From Pyrobaculum calidifontis JCM 11548 (lineage in GTDB: Archaea; Thermoproteota; Thermoprotei; Thermoproteales; Thermoproteaceae): 32,000 bases of DNA. The translations under genes and the position numbers were made by a program. Below, one piece after another: positions 1-7,205 of this stretch. How positions within the stretch are numbered: the first letter of the stretch is position 1; every line of letters begins with the position of its first letter. The DNA lies in NCBI RefSeq assembly GCF_000015805.1, contig NC_009073.1, positions 1,440,001-1,472,000 on the forward strand, written 5' to 3'. Below the pieces are notes generated by a model. It had not been told where the DNA came from, did no database searches, and was given only the letters and a program-made list of their open reading frames with translations.

Positions 1-270
1 CAGGCCGTAGACCAATAGCCCAGACAAGAGGCCTCCTAGGCCTGTGGCCACTGGCAAGAGCCATAGTCTCTCGGAAGTTAATGTGTAGTTGCCCAAGCCG
101 CCCTCGCCCACAGGCCTCGGGAGCTCAACACCTACGATCTGCTCTAAGAAAAATTTTTGGCACAACTCAAGAGCGTAGATAAATGTCAGTGCCGCTACCG
201 CCGCAACGACGCCTATCAACGTGCCTACGATTATCCACTTGACAAAGTACGGTAGTGTGCTAATGGACAC
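1..270 (-). CDS. Partial CDS (first 90 codons, continues off the left edge): polytopic membrane protein, ClC-type chloride channel-like
   Basis: My own minus-strand translation from GTG 270-268 (in-frame TAG at 276-274 just upstream) stays open to position 1: VSISTLPYFVKWIIVGTLIGVVAAVAALTFIYALELCQKFF...RLWLLPVATGLGGLLSGLLVYGL. It has two hydrophobic helices in the KW..G.L.G / GLGGLL.GLL pattern typical of ClC N-termini. An A/T box lies about 22 nt upstream. It is absent from the ORF track because it is truncated. Confidence 0.45.
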   Translation of the reverse strand, partial: MSISTLPYFVKWIIVGTLIGVVAAVAALTFIYALELCQKFFLEQIVGVELPRPVGEGGLGNYTLTSERLWLLPVATGLGGLLSGLLVYGL

Positions 271-384
271 GCGCTAAAATTAAGGTCCATTTTAATGTTG
301 ACCGCCGTCCGCCGCTCATTCCTATCTCCGTAGAAGACTTAGTTCCGAAAATTTTAAACTCAGCAGTACATAAACGACGTTGAG

Positions 385-888
385 TTGGCTAAGCCTTGGG
401 TAGACGAGAAGGGCTACATCGCGGCTAGGCTTAGGGAGGCTTTATACGAGGCAGAGTTGGCCAAGGAGTTCCTCCGGAATGGGCTTGTCCGCAACGCCGC
501 TGGAAAGGCCTATCAGGCGTGGAAGGCCGTCGTAGCGGCCCTAGCCGCCGAGAGGAGGGAGACGCTCGCACGTTTGTACACTGGGGTGAAGCGGCTGAGG
601 GAGGGCAAGAGGGTGAGCGAGGCTGACTGGGTGATAGCCTTTATGCCTTCGACGAGGTTGAGGGAGGTGGCTAAGGCCCTCTCGGAGGTCTACGGAGACG
701 AGGTGTACTACGTCACAGAGGTGGCCCTCTCGCTACATGAGTATCAGTACAATGGGCCAGACCGAGAGGGCGTATTCAGCCGGTATAGGACAGACAAGCA
801 CGCCGCAAAAGACGTAGAACACGTCGTGGCAATTGTGGAAAAGTACGCCGCGTCTATAAAGGCGCGTCTAGACGCCCAGTCTAAATAG
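385..888 (+). CDS. PaREP1-family protein (Pyrobaculum repeat protein 1, HEPN-like helical domain)
   Basis: 167-aa ORF with TTG start. It is all-helical and Ala/Glu/Lys-rich, with the C-terminal LSLHEYQYNGPD segment I recognise from PaREP1 proteins. An A/T box (aaaattttaaac, 347-358) lies upstream. Confidence 0.65.
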   Translation: MAKPWVDEKGYIAARLREALYEAELAKEFLRNGLVRNAAGKAYQAWKAVVAALAAERRETLARLYTGVKRLREGKRVSEADWVIAFMPSTRLREVAKALSEVYGDEVYYVTEVALSLHEYQYNGPDREGVFSRYRTDKHAAKDVEHVVAIVEKYAASIKARLDAQSK

Positions 889-933
889 CCCGCGCAACTG
901 CACGCTCAGAGCCGCTGGCGGGCTCGCGTTGGG

Positions 934-1776
934 CTATATTGCATCGCACTTGAGGAGCCTTGTCGGCATGTGAGGCAACTGGGCGGTGGGTATCTGGCTG
1001 ATGTGTATGCCCCTGTAGGTGTGCCAAGTGGTTTTCGGGGGGTAGAGAAGGCCGGCGGCGGCCCTCGCCAACACCTCCATCTTCGTCATGTTTACCTCTA
1101 CTGCCCGGTAGTCCACCGGGAGGGCAAATATGGGACGCCCCTCCCTCTTCGCCTTGTTTAACCTGTGGTGTCCATCCAGTACAGTGCACGTCCACGCCTC
1201 TACGGCTATGGGCGCCTCTCCTGCGACGACATCTGGGAAGACATCCTCGTGCGGCCTAAGCGTGTGGGGGTCCATGGGCAGGGGGTACGCAGGTGGGGGG
1301 TCCGCCTCGGCCTCCTCGTAGTCGCGCCACGTGTTTATGTTCATCAACGGCGGCACCTCCACCTCCTCCCACTTGGACATGTTTGGGCTGGGCATCCACG
1401 TCAGTCCCACGTATTGCCCGCTGGCGACTGCCGTGGCCATACGGGGGCGGCTCAGGAGGGGCTTCACGTGGCTGGGCGTCAAGTTGGCCAAGTCGCATGA
1501 GGCAAACAGGGCAGGGGCGTGTCTCTCCGCCAGGCGGACTAAGTCGGGGCCGTAGCCCAAGCCCTCTGTGTAATCCACTGCAAGCCCCCACGTCTTTGCC
1601 AGCCAGACAATTCCGGGGTGCCCCCTGGTGGTGGCCACCACCACTTCGTCGAAGCCAGCCCAGATCAGCGCGGCGGCCACTCTGAGCAACAGAGGCACTG
1701 CGCCCACGGGAAGTAAGCACTTCTCAGGCCTTCCCATCCTCGACCCCCTCCCCCCGGCTAGCACCACCGCCCTCAT
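934..1776 (-). CDS. Fusion protein: MobA/CobY-like NTP (nucleotidyl)transferase domain plus C-terminal ParB/sulfiredoxin-like domain
   Basis: The start is taken at internal Met56 of the 335-aa ORF (MRAVVLAGGRGSRMGRPEKCLLPV), which gives an ATGA overlap with the upstream stop at 1773-1776. LAGG.G.RMG...EK.LL is the classic nucleotidyltransferase signature. The C-terminal ~110 aa carry LRPHEDV...VLDGHHRLNKAKREG, which is ParB/Srx-like. The Arg/Gly-rich 55-aa N-terminal extension in the ORF track overlaps the upstream gene and looks like non-coding GC noise. Confidence 0.6.
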   Translation of the reverse strand: MRAVVLAGGRGSRMGRPEKCLLPVGAVPLLLRVAAALIWAGFDEVVVATTRGHPGIVWLAKTWGLAVDYTEGLGYGPDLVRLAERHAPALFASCDLANLTPSHVKPLLSRPRMATAVASGQYVGLTWMPSPNMSKWEEVEVPPLMNINTWRDYEEAEADPPPAYPLPMDPHTLRPHEDVFPDVVAGEAPIAVEAWTCTVLDGHHRLNKAKREGRPIFALPVDYRAVEVNMTKMEVLARAAAGLLYPPKTTWHTYRGIHISQIPTAQLPHMPTRLLKCDAI

Positions 1777-2690
1777 TCCTCCTCTTCGCCGGCCTCCTCG
1801 CCGCGTCCCGTCTCGCCGTATAGCTCCCGCCGCCTGGCCTCGAGCAGTTGCTCCTCGCGGCCGGCCAACTTGGCGTATGTGGCCACCTCTACGCCGCGCC
1901 GCTCTGCATACTGGAGGACTTCGCCGACTTTCTCCCGCCACTGGACGTCTCTGAGGAGGTGGTGGGCGAGGACTAGCAGACGGGGCCGCAGGTCCACTAT
2001 CCTCTTGAGGTTGGACACAGCAGAGGCGAGGTCCCAGCCGAGGTACGTGGGCGGGCCCCCCACTACTACGACTGTGGGCTTTACCTCCTCGGCGAAGTGC
2101 ACCGCCTCCTCCTCCACTGGCCCCTCCACGTCTGGGATAAAGGCCAGTGTCTCCTCGCCGTCTGACACGGCGAAGGCGATTACTCTGCCCGTCTTAGAGC
2201 CGGCGGGCCCGTGCCAGAGGGGGCCAGAGGCCCTTACCACGGTTGTGCCGAATCTCCACTCCCCTCCGTCGGCGTAGACCACGGTCGCTACGCCGTCCAG
2301 CGCCTTGGCTAAGCCGTAGTGCCGCCTGCGTTGCGACCAGTTGAGGTCGTGGGGGCTCTTGGCAAGGACGGTCTTCTCCCCGTAGACGGCCTTGTAGGTT
2401 TCGGAGTCTGTGGCCATGTACTGGCTTGGGTAGGGGACTGTGAAGTGGTCGCGGTGGTAGTGGCTTATGGTCACCACGTCCGCGTAGGCGGCTAGGCGGA
2501 GTATTTGCTCCCTCACCTCTCTAGCCCGCTGAAGCTCGAGGGGGTGGGGCGGCAGGCCGAAGCGCCTTGGAGCAAGGGAGACCCCTGCGTCTAGGAGAAT
2601 CCGGAGGTCCCGCGTCTCCACGTAGAGACACATAGACCGCACCCCCAGCGACTCTTCCCCGACGGGCACAATCTCCACGGCGGTAAACAA
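1773..2690 (-). CDS. UPF0282-family metallo-beta-lactamase-fold protein (function unknown)
   Basis: EIVPVGEESLGVRSMCLYVETRDLRILLDAGVSLAPRRFGLPPHPLE...VVTISHYHRDHF matches the conserved archaeal UPF0282 N-terminus, including the HxHxDH-like SHYHRDH motif. The ORF starts at TTG 2690. GTG at 2678 is better placed relative to the A/T box at about 2695-2710, so the start is uncertain by 12 nt. Confidence 0.8.
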   Translation of the reverse strand: MFTAVEIVPVGEESLGVRSMCLYVETRDLRILLDAGVSLAPRRFGLPPHPLELQRAREVREQILRLAAYADVVTISHYHRDHFTVPYPSQYMATDSETYKAVYGEKTVLAKSPHDLNWSQRRRHYGLAKALDGVATVVYADGGEWRFGTTVVRASGPLWHGPAGSKTGRVIAFAVSDGEETLAFIPDVEGPVEEEAVHFAEEVKPTVVVVGGPPTYLGWDLASAVSNLKRIVDLRPRLLVLAHHLLRDVQWREKVGEVLQYAERRGVEVATYAKLAGREEQLLEARRRELYGETGRGEEAGEEEE

Positions 2691-2727
2691 CGCTGATTTT
2701 AAAAATCAACCAAGGCGGATGGAGCGT

Positions 2728-3468
2728 TCAGCACTTGCGCAAGAGCTCTACCCTCTGCCGCGGCCCCTCTTGCACAAGTCTCACATAGCCATACCTAGCC
2801 AACTTGTGGAGGTGTCTGTGGAGCGTGGTCTTTGGCAGATTTAGCGCCGCCTGTAGCTCCGCCCTCTCCGCCGAGCCGCCCCTAGACTCCAAGAACTTAA
2901 GCAACGCCAAGTCCACGTCGCCCAGATCCCCACAGCCGCCGCGCCTCCTCCTGGCAAACACCACTGCCAACACTGCGACAACAGCCACCGCCACGGCCAC
3001 AAGCAACCACTCAATCGGCGGGGTAGGCGTAGTTGGGCTGGTCGTCGCTGGAGGTGGGCTTGTTGTGGGAGTCGGCTGTATGGTGAAGGCTTGGTAGGCG
3101 ATTGTGGCTCCTGTGTCGAAGTATAGGTATAGCCCCGTCTTGTTCACTGCCACCCTCGCCGGCTGTGGCTTAGCCTCTACCACCATTACCCCGGGCGGCG
3201 CCTGTGCCACAAAGGGGCCTTCCACCGCCACGCTGTAGACGCCGCTGGAGTTGAAAAACCTCGGCACATACACAGCCACCGCCGGCTCGCCGCCTTGCAA
3301 CACGTAGAGCGTCCCGTTCAAGACCCAAGTGGGCAGAGGAGCCCCGCCGGGCGAAAAAGCCGCCACCTCAGACGCCGGAGGGACGGGAAGCGTGTAATTG
3401 CCAACCAAAGCCGCCGGCAAAAACAAGAGCAAAACCGGCGGAGCAGTGAGATTGAGCAACGCCAGCAC
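2728..3468 (-). CDS. Single-pass membrane protein with extracellular domain and cytoplasmic C-terminal winged-helix DNA-binding domain
   Basis: GTG start with a TATA box (cttatatagg on minus, 3487-3496) about 23 nt upstream. Domain order: N-terminal signal/anchor (LLLFLPAALVG); ~130-aa beta-rich domain with NxT/S sequons; Thr/Pro stalk (PTPTTSPPPATTSPTTPTPP); TM helix (WLLVAVAVAVVAVLAVVFA) followed by RRRRGG; then LLKFLESRGGSAERAELQAALNLPKTTLHRHLHKLARYGYV (HTH plus wing). Confidence 0.65.
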   Translation of the reverse strand: MLALLNLTAPPVLLLFLPAALVGNYTLPVPPASEVAAFSPGGAPLPTWVLNGTLYVLQGGEPAVAVYVPRFFNSSGVYSVAVEGPFVAQAPPGVMVVEAKPQPARVAVNKTGLYLYFDTGATIAYQAFTIQPTPTTSPPPATTSPTTPTPPIEWLLVAVAVAVVAVLAVVFARRRRGGCGDLGDVDLALLKFLESRGGSAERAELQAALNLPKTTLHRHLHKLARYGYVRLVQEGPRQRVELLRKC

Positions 3469-3515
3469 AGCTACGTCAATACCCGCCTATATAAGTGTTG
3501 CCAGCGGGGGCGCGG

Positions 3516-4175
3516 CTATACCCCCGTGTAAATCTCGACTCCCAACCTCTCTGCGACCTTCTTCGCGTCTTCTTCGGCGTAGGGGGTAATGATGACCAGT
3601 CTGTCTGGTCTCTTGCCCTCTTTCTCGGCGTAGAGCTCTGCCTTCTTCTTGAAGATGGCCACGTCGGGCGCTCTGGCGTGCGATGTAATTTCGATGAGTA
3701 TAACCCTGCCGTCTTTAACGGCGACGTCTACCTCTACCTCGCTTGGGAAGCCGAACACCTTGCCCTCTTCGTCGTACGCCGTCCACCTCTCCACTCTAAG
3801 GCCAAGCTCCCTCTCGACAACGCCACGGAGACCCTCCCGAAACGCTTTCTCGCTCATCACACCCCACCTAGCGCCCAAGGCGTCCAAGTGGCGCTGTAGA
3901 CGGTCAAAGCCTGTAGCCACTTCGCTCTTTACGCTGTTGATTGTTTCCCACATCTTAGCCTGTTCCTTCTTTATTTCACGTATCTCTCTCCAAATGCGGC
4001 GGATCTCCCTCCAAGTGCGCCGAATTTCTTTCCAAATCTTAGTTTGCTCCTCTGCCAGCTTGTCCAGTCTTTTGAGCACTTCTGCGACGCCTAAGTAGCC
4101 TGCCACCGTGTATCTAAACTCCTCGTCCTCTTTCAACAGCTTAAGAAAGGCGGCCTTGAGCTGGGACGCGTCCAT
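3516..4175 (-). CDS. Coiled-coil protein with C-terminal restriction-endonuclease-like (PD-(D/E)XK-like, DUF3782-type) domain
   Basis: The start is taken at Met13 (ATG 4175-4173) because an A/T box (aaaattttatac on minus, 4193-4204) sits about 24 nt upstream of it and downstream of the ORF-track ATG at 4211. The N-terminal half contains heptad repeats (IWKEIRR/TWREIRR/IWREIRE). The C-terminal half (EVEVDVAVKDGRVILIEITS...) resembles the small archaeal nuclease-fold family that is multi-copy in Pyrobaculum and Sulfolobus. Confidence 0.6.
   Translation of the reverse strand: MDASQLKAAFLKLLKEDEEFRYTVAGYLGVAEVLKRLDKLAEEQTKIWKEIRRTWREIRRIWREIREIKKEQAKMWETINSVKSEVATGFDRLQRHLDALGARWGVMSEKAFREGLRGVVERELGLRVERWTAYDEEGKVFGFPSEVEVDVAVKDGRVILIEITSHARAPDVAIFKKKAELYAEKEGKRPDRLVIITPYAEEDAKKVAERLGVEIYTGV
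3970..4040 (-). repeat. About three tandem 21-bp units encoding W-x-E-I-R-R heptads
   Basis: On the + strand, ccaaatgcggcggatctccct / ccaagtgcgccgaatttcttt / ccaaatctt... (3991-4040) are read directly. They correspond to IWKEIRR-TWREIRR-IWREIRE in the minus-strand protein. Confidence 0.7.
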
Positions 4176-4177
4176 GG

Positions 4178-4828
4178 CTATGCCTGGGTGGCTGTATAAA
4201 ATTTTTCGCATGGGTAGACGCCGGTAATGCAGGTGGGCGGTATATACTTTGAGAGCCGGATTGCGGGAGACGCCTTGTATATTGGGCCAGCGGCTCTGGC
4301 GCAGTCTGCGTCTACTTCCAGCACCACTGGGTCTTGCCGCCTAGCCGCCGTTTCACACGCCGTGTAGAAGTCCACGGCTAAGTGGACGTACAGCCTGTTC
4401 ATGGGCAAAATGCCCATCTTCATTATTCCCTCTAGGCTTCTGCGCGTGGTGCCGTGGTATAGTCGGCGCGTCTCTGTATCCACCTCGTAGTCCACCTTGA
4501 CCGAGACGCTGTGGCCGTACCGCGCCCTAATGCGGCCGTTTGAGAGCTCAAAACGTCCCTTCTTGTCCAACTGCGCCACAGCCTCCACCGCCTCCGCCGA
4601 TGCCGGGAGGCCGAGCTTCTTGAGCCCGGCCACAACGGCGTCTAGGGGCGCCCAGCCTCCCTCGTCTAGCGACATCCCCAGGGCGGAGGGGCTGTGGCGC
4701 AACGCCAGGGAGAGCAACTTGGAGATCTTCACCCTGGTCTTCCCATCTAAGACCAGCTCGGCGTCTACGCCGCAGTGGCGAGGCTCCTCGACGTATTCTC
4801 CGCACACTCTACAACGGTATACGTCCAC
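4178..4828 (-). CDS. kptA: RNA 2'-phosphotransferase (Tpt1/KptA family) with N-terminal zinc-ribbon extension
   Basis: The protein shows LSLALRHSP...GGW, RIRARYGHS, LYHGT and NRLYVHL. These provide the R-H-R-R catalytic residues and the layout of Tpt1/KptA. The first ~30 aa (YRCRVCGEYVEEPRHCG) form a CxxC...HC knuckle. GTG start, with an A/T box about 20 nt upstream. Confidence 0.8.
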   Translation of the reverse strand: MDVYRCRVCGEYVEEPRHCGVDAELVLDGKTRVKISKLLSLALRHSPSALGMSLDEGGWAPLDAVVAGLKKLGLPASAEAVEAVAQLDKKGRFELSNGRIRARYGHSVSVKVDYEVDTETRRLYHGTTRRSLEGIMKMGILPMNRLYVHLAVDFYTACETAARRQDPVVLEVDADCARAAGPIYKASPAIRLSKYIPPTCITGVYPCEKFYTATQA

Positions 4829-4868
4829 GGGTCGGATAAGTCTTATATTTTAGTTGAGTTAGTGGGTC
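4829..4868. promoter_or_regulatory. 40-bp divergent intergenic region with a single shared A/T element (cttatatttta) serving kptA (-) and the 4869 gene (+)
   Basis: The A/T box at 4842-4852 lies about 20-22 nt from both start codons (GTG 4828 on minus, ATG 4869 on plus). This is consistent with two leaderless transcripts. Confidence 0.45.
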
Positions 4869-5645
4869 ATGAAGTGGGGGCTGATAATAGTCGCCGTCTT
4901 GGCCGCGGCCGCTACCGTGTACTTCATCTCCACCGCCCAGCAACAAGCCGTGCAGACGACAACTCCCACGCCAGCGACGACGGCGGCGGTGGTCACCTCC
5001 GCCCCTCCTCCCCCGGCCGTGCCCTTCAGCGAGAGGAACTACGAAGTTAATTACACCTATGTGATGTCTGTGGCCGTGGGCGAGGTGTCTATCTCCCTGT
5101 GGGGCTGGGGGCTGGAGGGGGTGGGCCTCTTGGGCAACTACTCCGTGGGCGTCCTCACGGCAAACCTCCCGCCGCGGGGCCCCGTGGAGGTGTCCTACAA
5201 GGCCGCGACGGAGGGCGGCGTCCTCTACGTGGTGAACTGCCTTCAGGGGCAGTGCTACGCGGAGGGGCGTCCGGCCAACTACACCGTCGGCGTACTGCTG
5301 AGGGGCGTCAACGCCACTGCGAGAGAGGTCGGCCGCTGCGAGGCGCTCGGCTACGCGGGTGTGCTGGTGGAGGAGAGGGGCGTCATTACTCCCGCCGCAC
5401 TGCAGACGTTGCTCCCCGGCGCGCAGGGGAGAGGCGAGTACGTCTCTACCACGTGTCGCGTAAACGGGGTGCCTCTCACAGTTAAAAGCTCCGCGTATCT
5501 AAACGTCACGCTCTACGGCCAAGCCCTGACTGTTAAGCTCACGGTGGAGGCCACTGCGGTGAAGGCGGGCCCCTTCAACGCGACGCGCTACGGAGAGGTG
5601 CTGGGCGAGGTCAAGGCGCCCCGCCGCACCTCTTCAGCTTCTTAA
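4869..5645 (+). CDS. Membrane-anchored extracellular protein (hypothetical), probably glycosylated
   Basis: N-terminal TM anchor (WGLIIVAVLAAAATVYFI) followed by a Thr/Pro/Ala stalk and several N-x-S/T sequons (NYT, NYS, NAT, NVT). No recognisable catalytic motif. Confidence 0.5.
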   Translation: MKWGLIIVAVLAAAATVYFISTAQQQAVQTTTPTPATTAAVVTSAPPPPAVPFSERNYEVNYTYVMSVAVGEVSISLWGWGLEGVGLLGNYSVGVLTANLPPRGPVEVSYKAATEGGVLYVVNCLQGQCYAEGRPANYTVGVLLRGVNATAREVGRCEALGYAGVLVEERGVITPAALQTLLPGAQGRGEYVSTTCRVNGVPLTVKSSAYLNVTLYGQALTVKLTVEATAVKAGPFNATRYGEVLGEVKAPRRTSSAS

Positions 5646-6546
5646 GCGCCTCCGCGGCCTCCCTCGGCGTCAGACCCCTGGCTAAAAGCTCCTCCAGGTG
5701 GTACTCCGTTGGAATACCCTCTGCCAAGAGGACCTCCGCCGCCTTGTCTATAGGCACATCTCGCTCGTAGATTATGCGCGCCGCCTTGTTGACCTCGAGG
5801 ACGGCCGCGGGGTCCAGCCTAAGTCCCACGGCGGCGAACAAGTCTACTTTAACCCGCCTAAGCCCGCCCCTCAGCTCTACTACGCCGTACTCCCCCCTGG
5901 CGGCCTTCACCACTATGGCGGATGCCTCTGTTACACAGCGCTCTACCAAGGCGGCGAGCGCGTCGATCTGCGGCTTGGAGAGGCCCACCGTCCCCAAGAA
6001 GCCGCCCTTCCTGGCGACCTCCGCGGCGCGGGCCATGAGGTACTCTCTACTCAGCTCCCCGTCGGCGCCTGGCGCAATGACCTGTAGCTCCGCCTCGACC
6101 CCCAGCTCCCTGAGCCGGGCCAACACGGTGAGGCCGTAGGCGTCCGACAGCGGGCTGCCCAGAGACTCCTCGCAGCCGATCCCCAAGACGTCGCCGCCTA
6201 CGTCGACCCCCACCACGCGGCCGAAGCTTGAAAGCGTCTTTGCCACCTCAGACGGCCTCCTATAGGGGTCAACCACGTATACCGACTTGCCCAAGGCCTC
6301 CGCCACGCAGACCCCCTGCGTCTTAAACCGCCGCCCGCCCCTCTCCACGTAGGTCCTTGGTGTGGCTAAGATGAGCCCGTCGCCCAGTTGCACCGCCTCT
6401 CTAAAGGCGGAGAGGGGTATGGGGCCCGGCTCTGGGTCTACCACAAACCGCTCCCAGGGTATGTGCCCCACTGCAGCGTCTCCCGCGAGGACGGCCGCCA
6501 TGATTACGTCGCCGCCGCCCCCAATCGCCAAGTAGAGACTGTCCAC
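5611..6546 (-). CDS. Conserved archaeal hypothetical protein, DUF1152-like
   Basis: 311-aa ORF with GTG start. It has two Gly-rich GGD loops (AIGGGGDVIMAA and GVDVGGDVLGIG), as I recall for DUF1152. The family assignment is from memory only. The 3' end overlaps the convergent 4869-5645 gene by 35 nt. Confidence 0.45.
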   Translation of the reverse strand: MDSLYLAIGGGGDVIMAAVLAGDAAVGHIPWERFVVDPEPGPIPLSAFREAVQLGDGLILATPRTYVERGGRRFKTQGVCVAEALGKSVYVVDPYRRPSEVAKTLSSFGRVVGVDVGGDVLGIGCEESLGSPLSDAYGLTVLARLRELGVEAELQVIAPGADGELSREYLMARAAEVARKGGFLGTVGLSKPQIDALAALVERCVTEASAIVVKAARGEYGVVELRGGLRRVKVDLFAAVGLRLDPAAVLEVNKAARIIYERDVPIDKAAEVLLAEGIPTEYHLEELLARGLTPREAAEALKKLKRCGGAP

Positions 6547-6599
6547 GAGGTGGAAGAAGCTGGGTATTAAACTTCTTAAAATGGGGACGCATAGAGGCT
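6547..6599. promoter_or_regulatory. Divergent promoter region (two A/T boxes) between the DUF1152-like gene and the 6600 gene
   Basis: gtattaaac (6563-6572) lies about 21 nt from GTG 6546 on minus. cttaaaatgg (6573-6582) lies about 22 nt from ATG 6600 on plus. Confidence 0.4.
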
Positions 6600-7007
6600 A
6601 TGCGCATGTCGACCTTGGCTACAGTAGCCGCCGTAGTAATTATAGTGGCGTTTGCACTACTTGCAACAGTGGGAGGGCCAGGCGGCGACGAAACGCCGCC
6701 TCGGCTGACTATAAAGTCCGCCGCGGTCTACGTAGGAAACTACTCTGAGGCTGTTCTAGAAATCGAGCCGCTAAATGGCACTATACAAGTCAGCGCAATT
6801 GAGATAGGCGACTTCTACGTAGAGTGTCTCTTCAACAACGTAATAAGCCAGGGTGGGGTTTATGCGGTTAAACTGCCCAACGCCAGCGTGGAGCCGGGCA
6901 GAGTCCTCGCGGGCAGATTAATACTGCGAGGCAACATCTCCTACCCGTTTGCCGCATCAGTGAAACGCGGCCCAGCACCAGAGGCCAAGCCGCTCTGCGG
7001 AGGCTAG
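6600..7007 (+). CDS. Small membrane-anchored extracellular protein (hypothetical)
   Basis: 135 aa. N-terminal TM (LATVAAVVIIVAFALLATVG) followed by a beta-rich domain with NYS, NGT, NAS and NIS sequons. Confidence 0.45.
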   Translation: MRMSTLATVAAVVIIVAFALLATVGGPGGDETPPRLTIKSAAVYVGNYSEAVLEIEPLNGTIQVSAIEIGDFYVECLFNNVISQGGVYAVKLPNASVEPGRVLAGRLILRGNISYPFAASVKRGPAPEAKPLCGG

Positions 7008-7131
7008 CTCTTGTCAAACACTAACAACGGTACACGGCAGAAACGGCAAGAAGCCACAGGTGCAACTAGCCCCATCACACGTCCTCCGAGGCTGCTTTAA
7101 TCATCCGCCGACGCAGATGGGGGGCGTCCGG

Positions 7132-7184
7132 TGTAAATTCTCTGTATAAAGTGTAAAAAATGCATGTAAATGTGTATTTTTAAC
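7132..7184 (+). promoter_or_regulatory. Phased TGTAAA/TGTATA repeats plus TATA box upstream of the DsrE-like gene
   Basis: TGTAAA at 7132, 7152 and 7165, TGTATAAA at 7143 and tgtgtattttta at 7171, giving 8-13 bp spacing. tatttttaac (7175-7184) lies about 25 nt upstream of ATG 7206. Confidence 0.4.
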
Positions 7185-7205
7185 TTATGAGAATCTCTGT
7201 GTATC

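Noticed and set aside
1777-1941. 55-codon N-terminal extension of the NTP-transferase ORF (ATG at 1941)
   Set aside because: The extension is Arg/Gly-rich noise that overlaps the 3' end of the UPF0282 gene. The internal Met gives the canonical MRAVVLAGG N-terminus and an ATGA stop/start overlap.
3588-3640. AATGATGA C-box-like heptamer on the plus strand inside the nuclease-like gene
   Set aside because: There is no D box (CTGA) at a compatible distance and no D'/C' arrangement. This is an isolated chance match.
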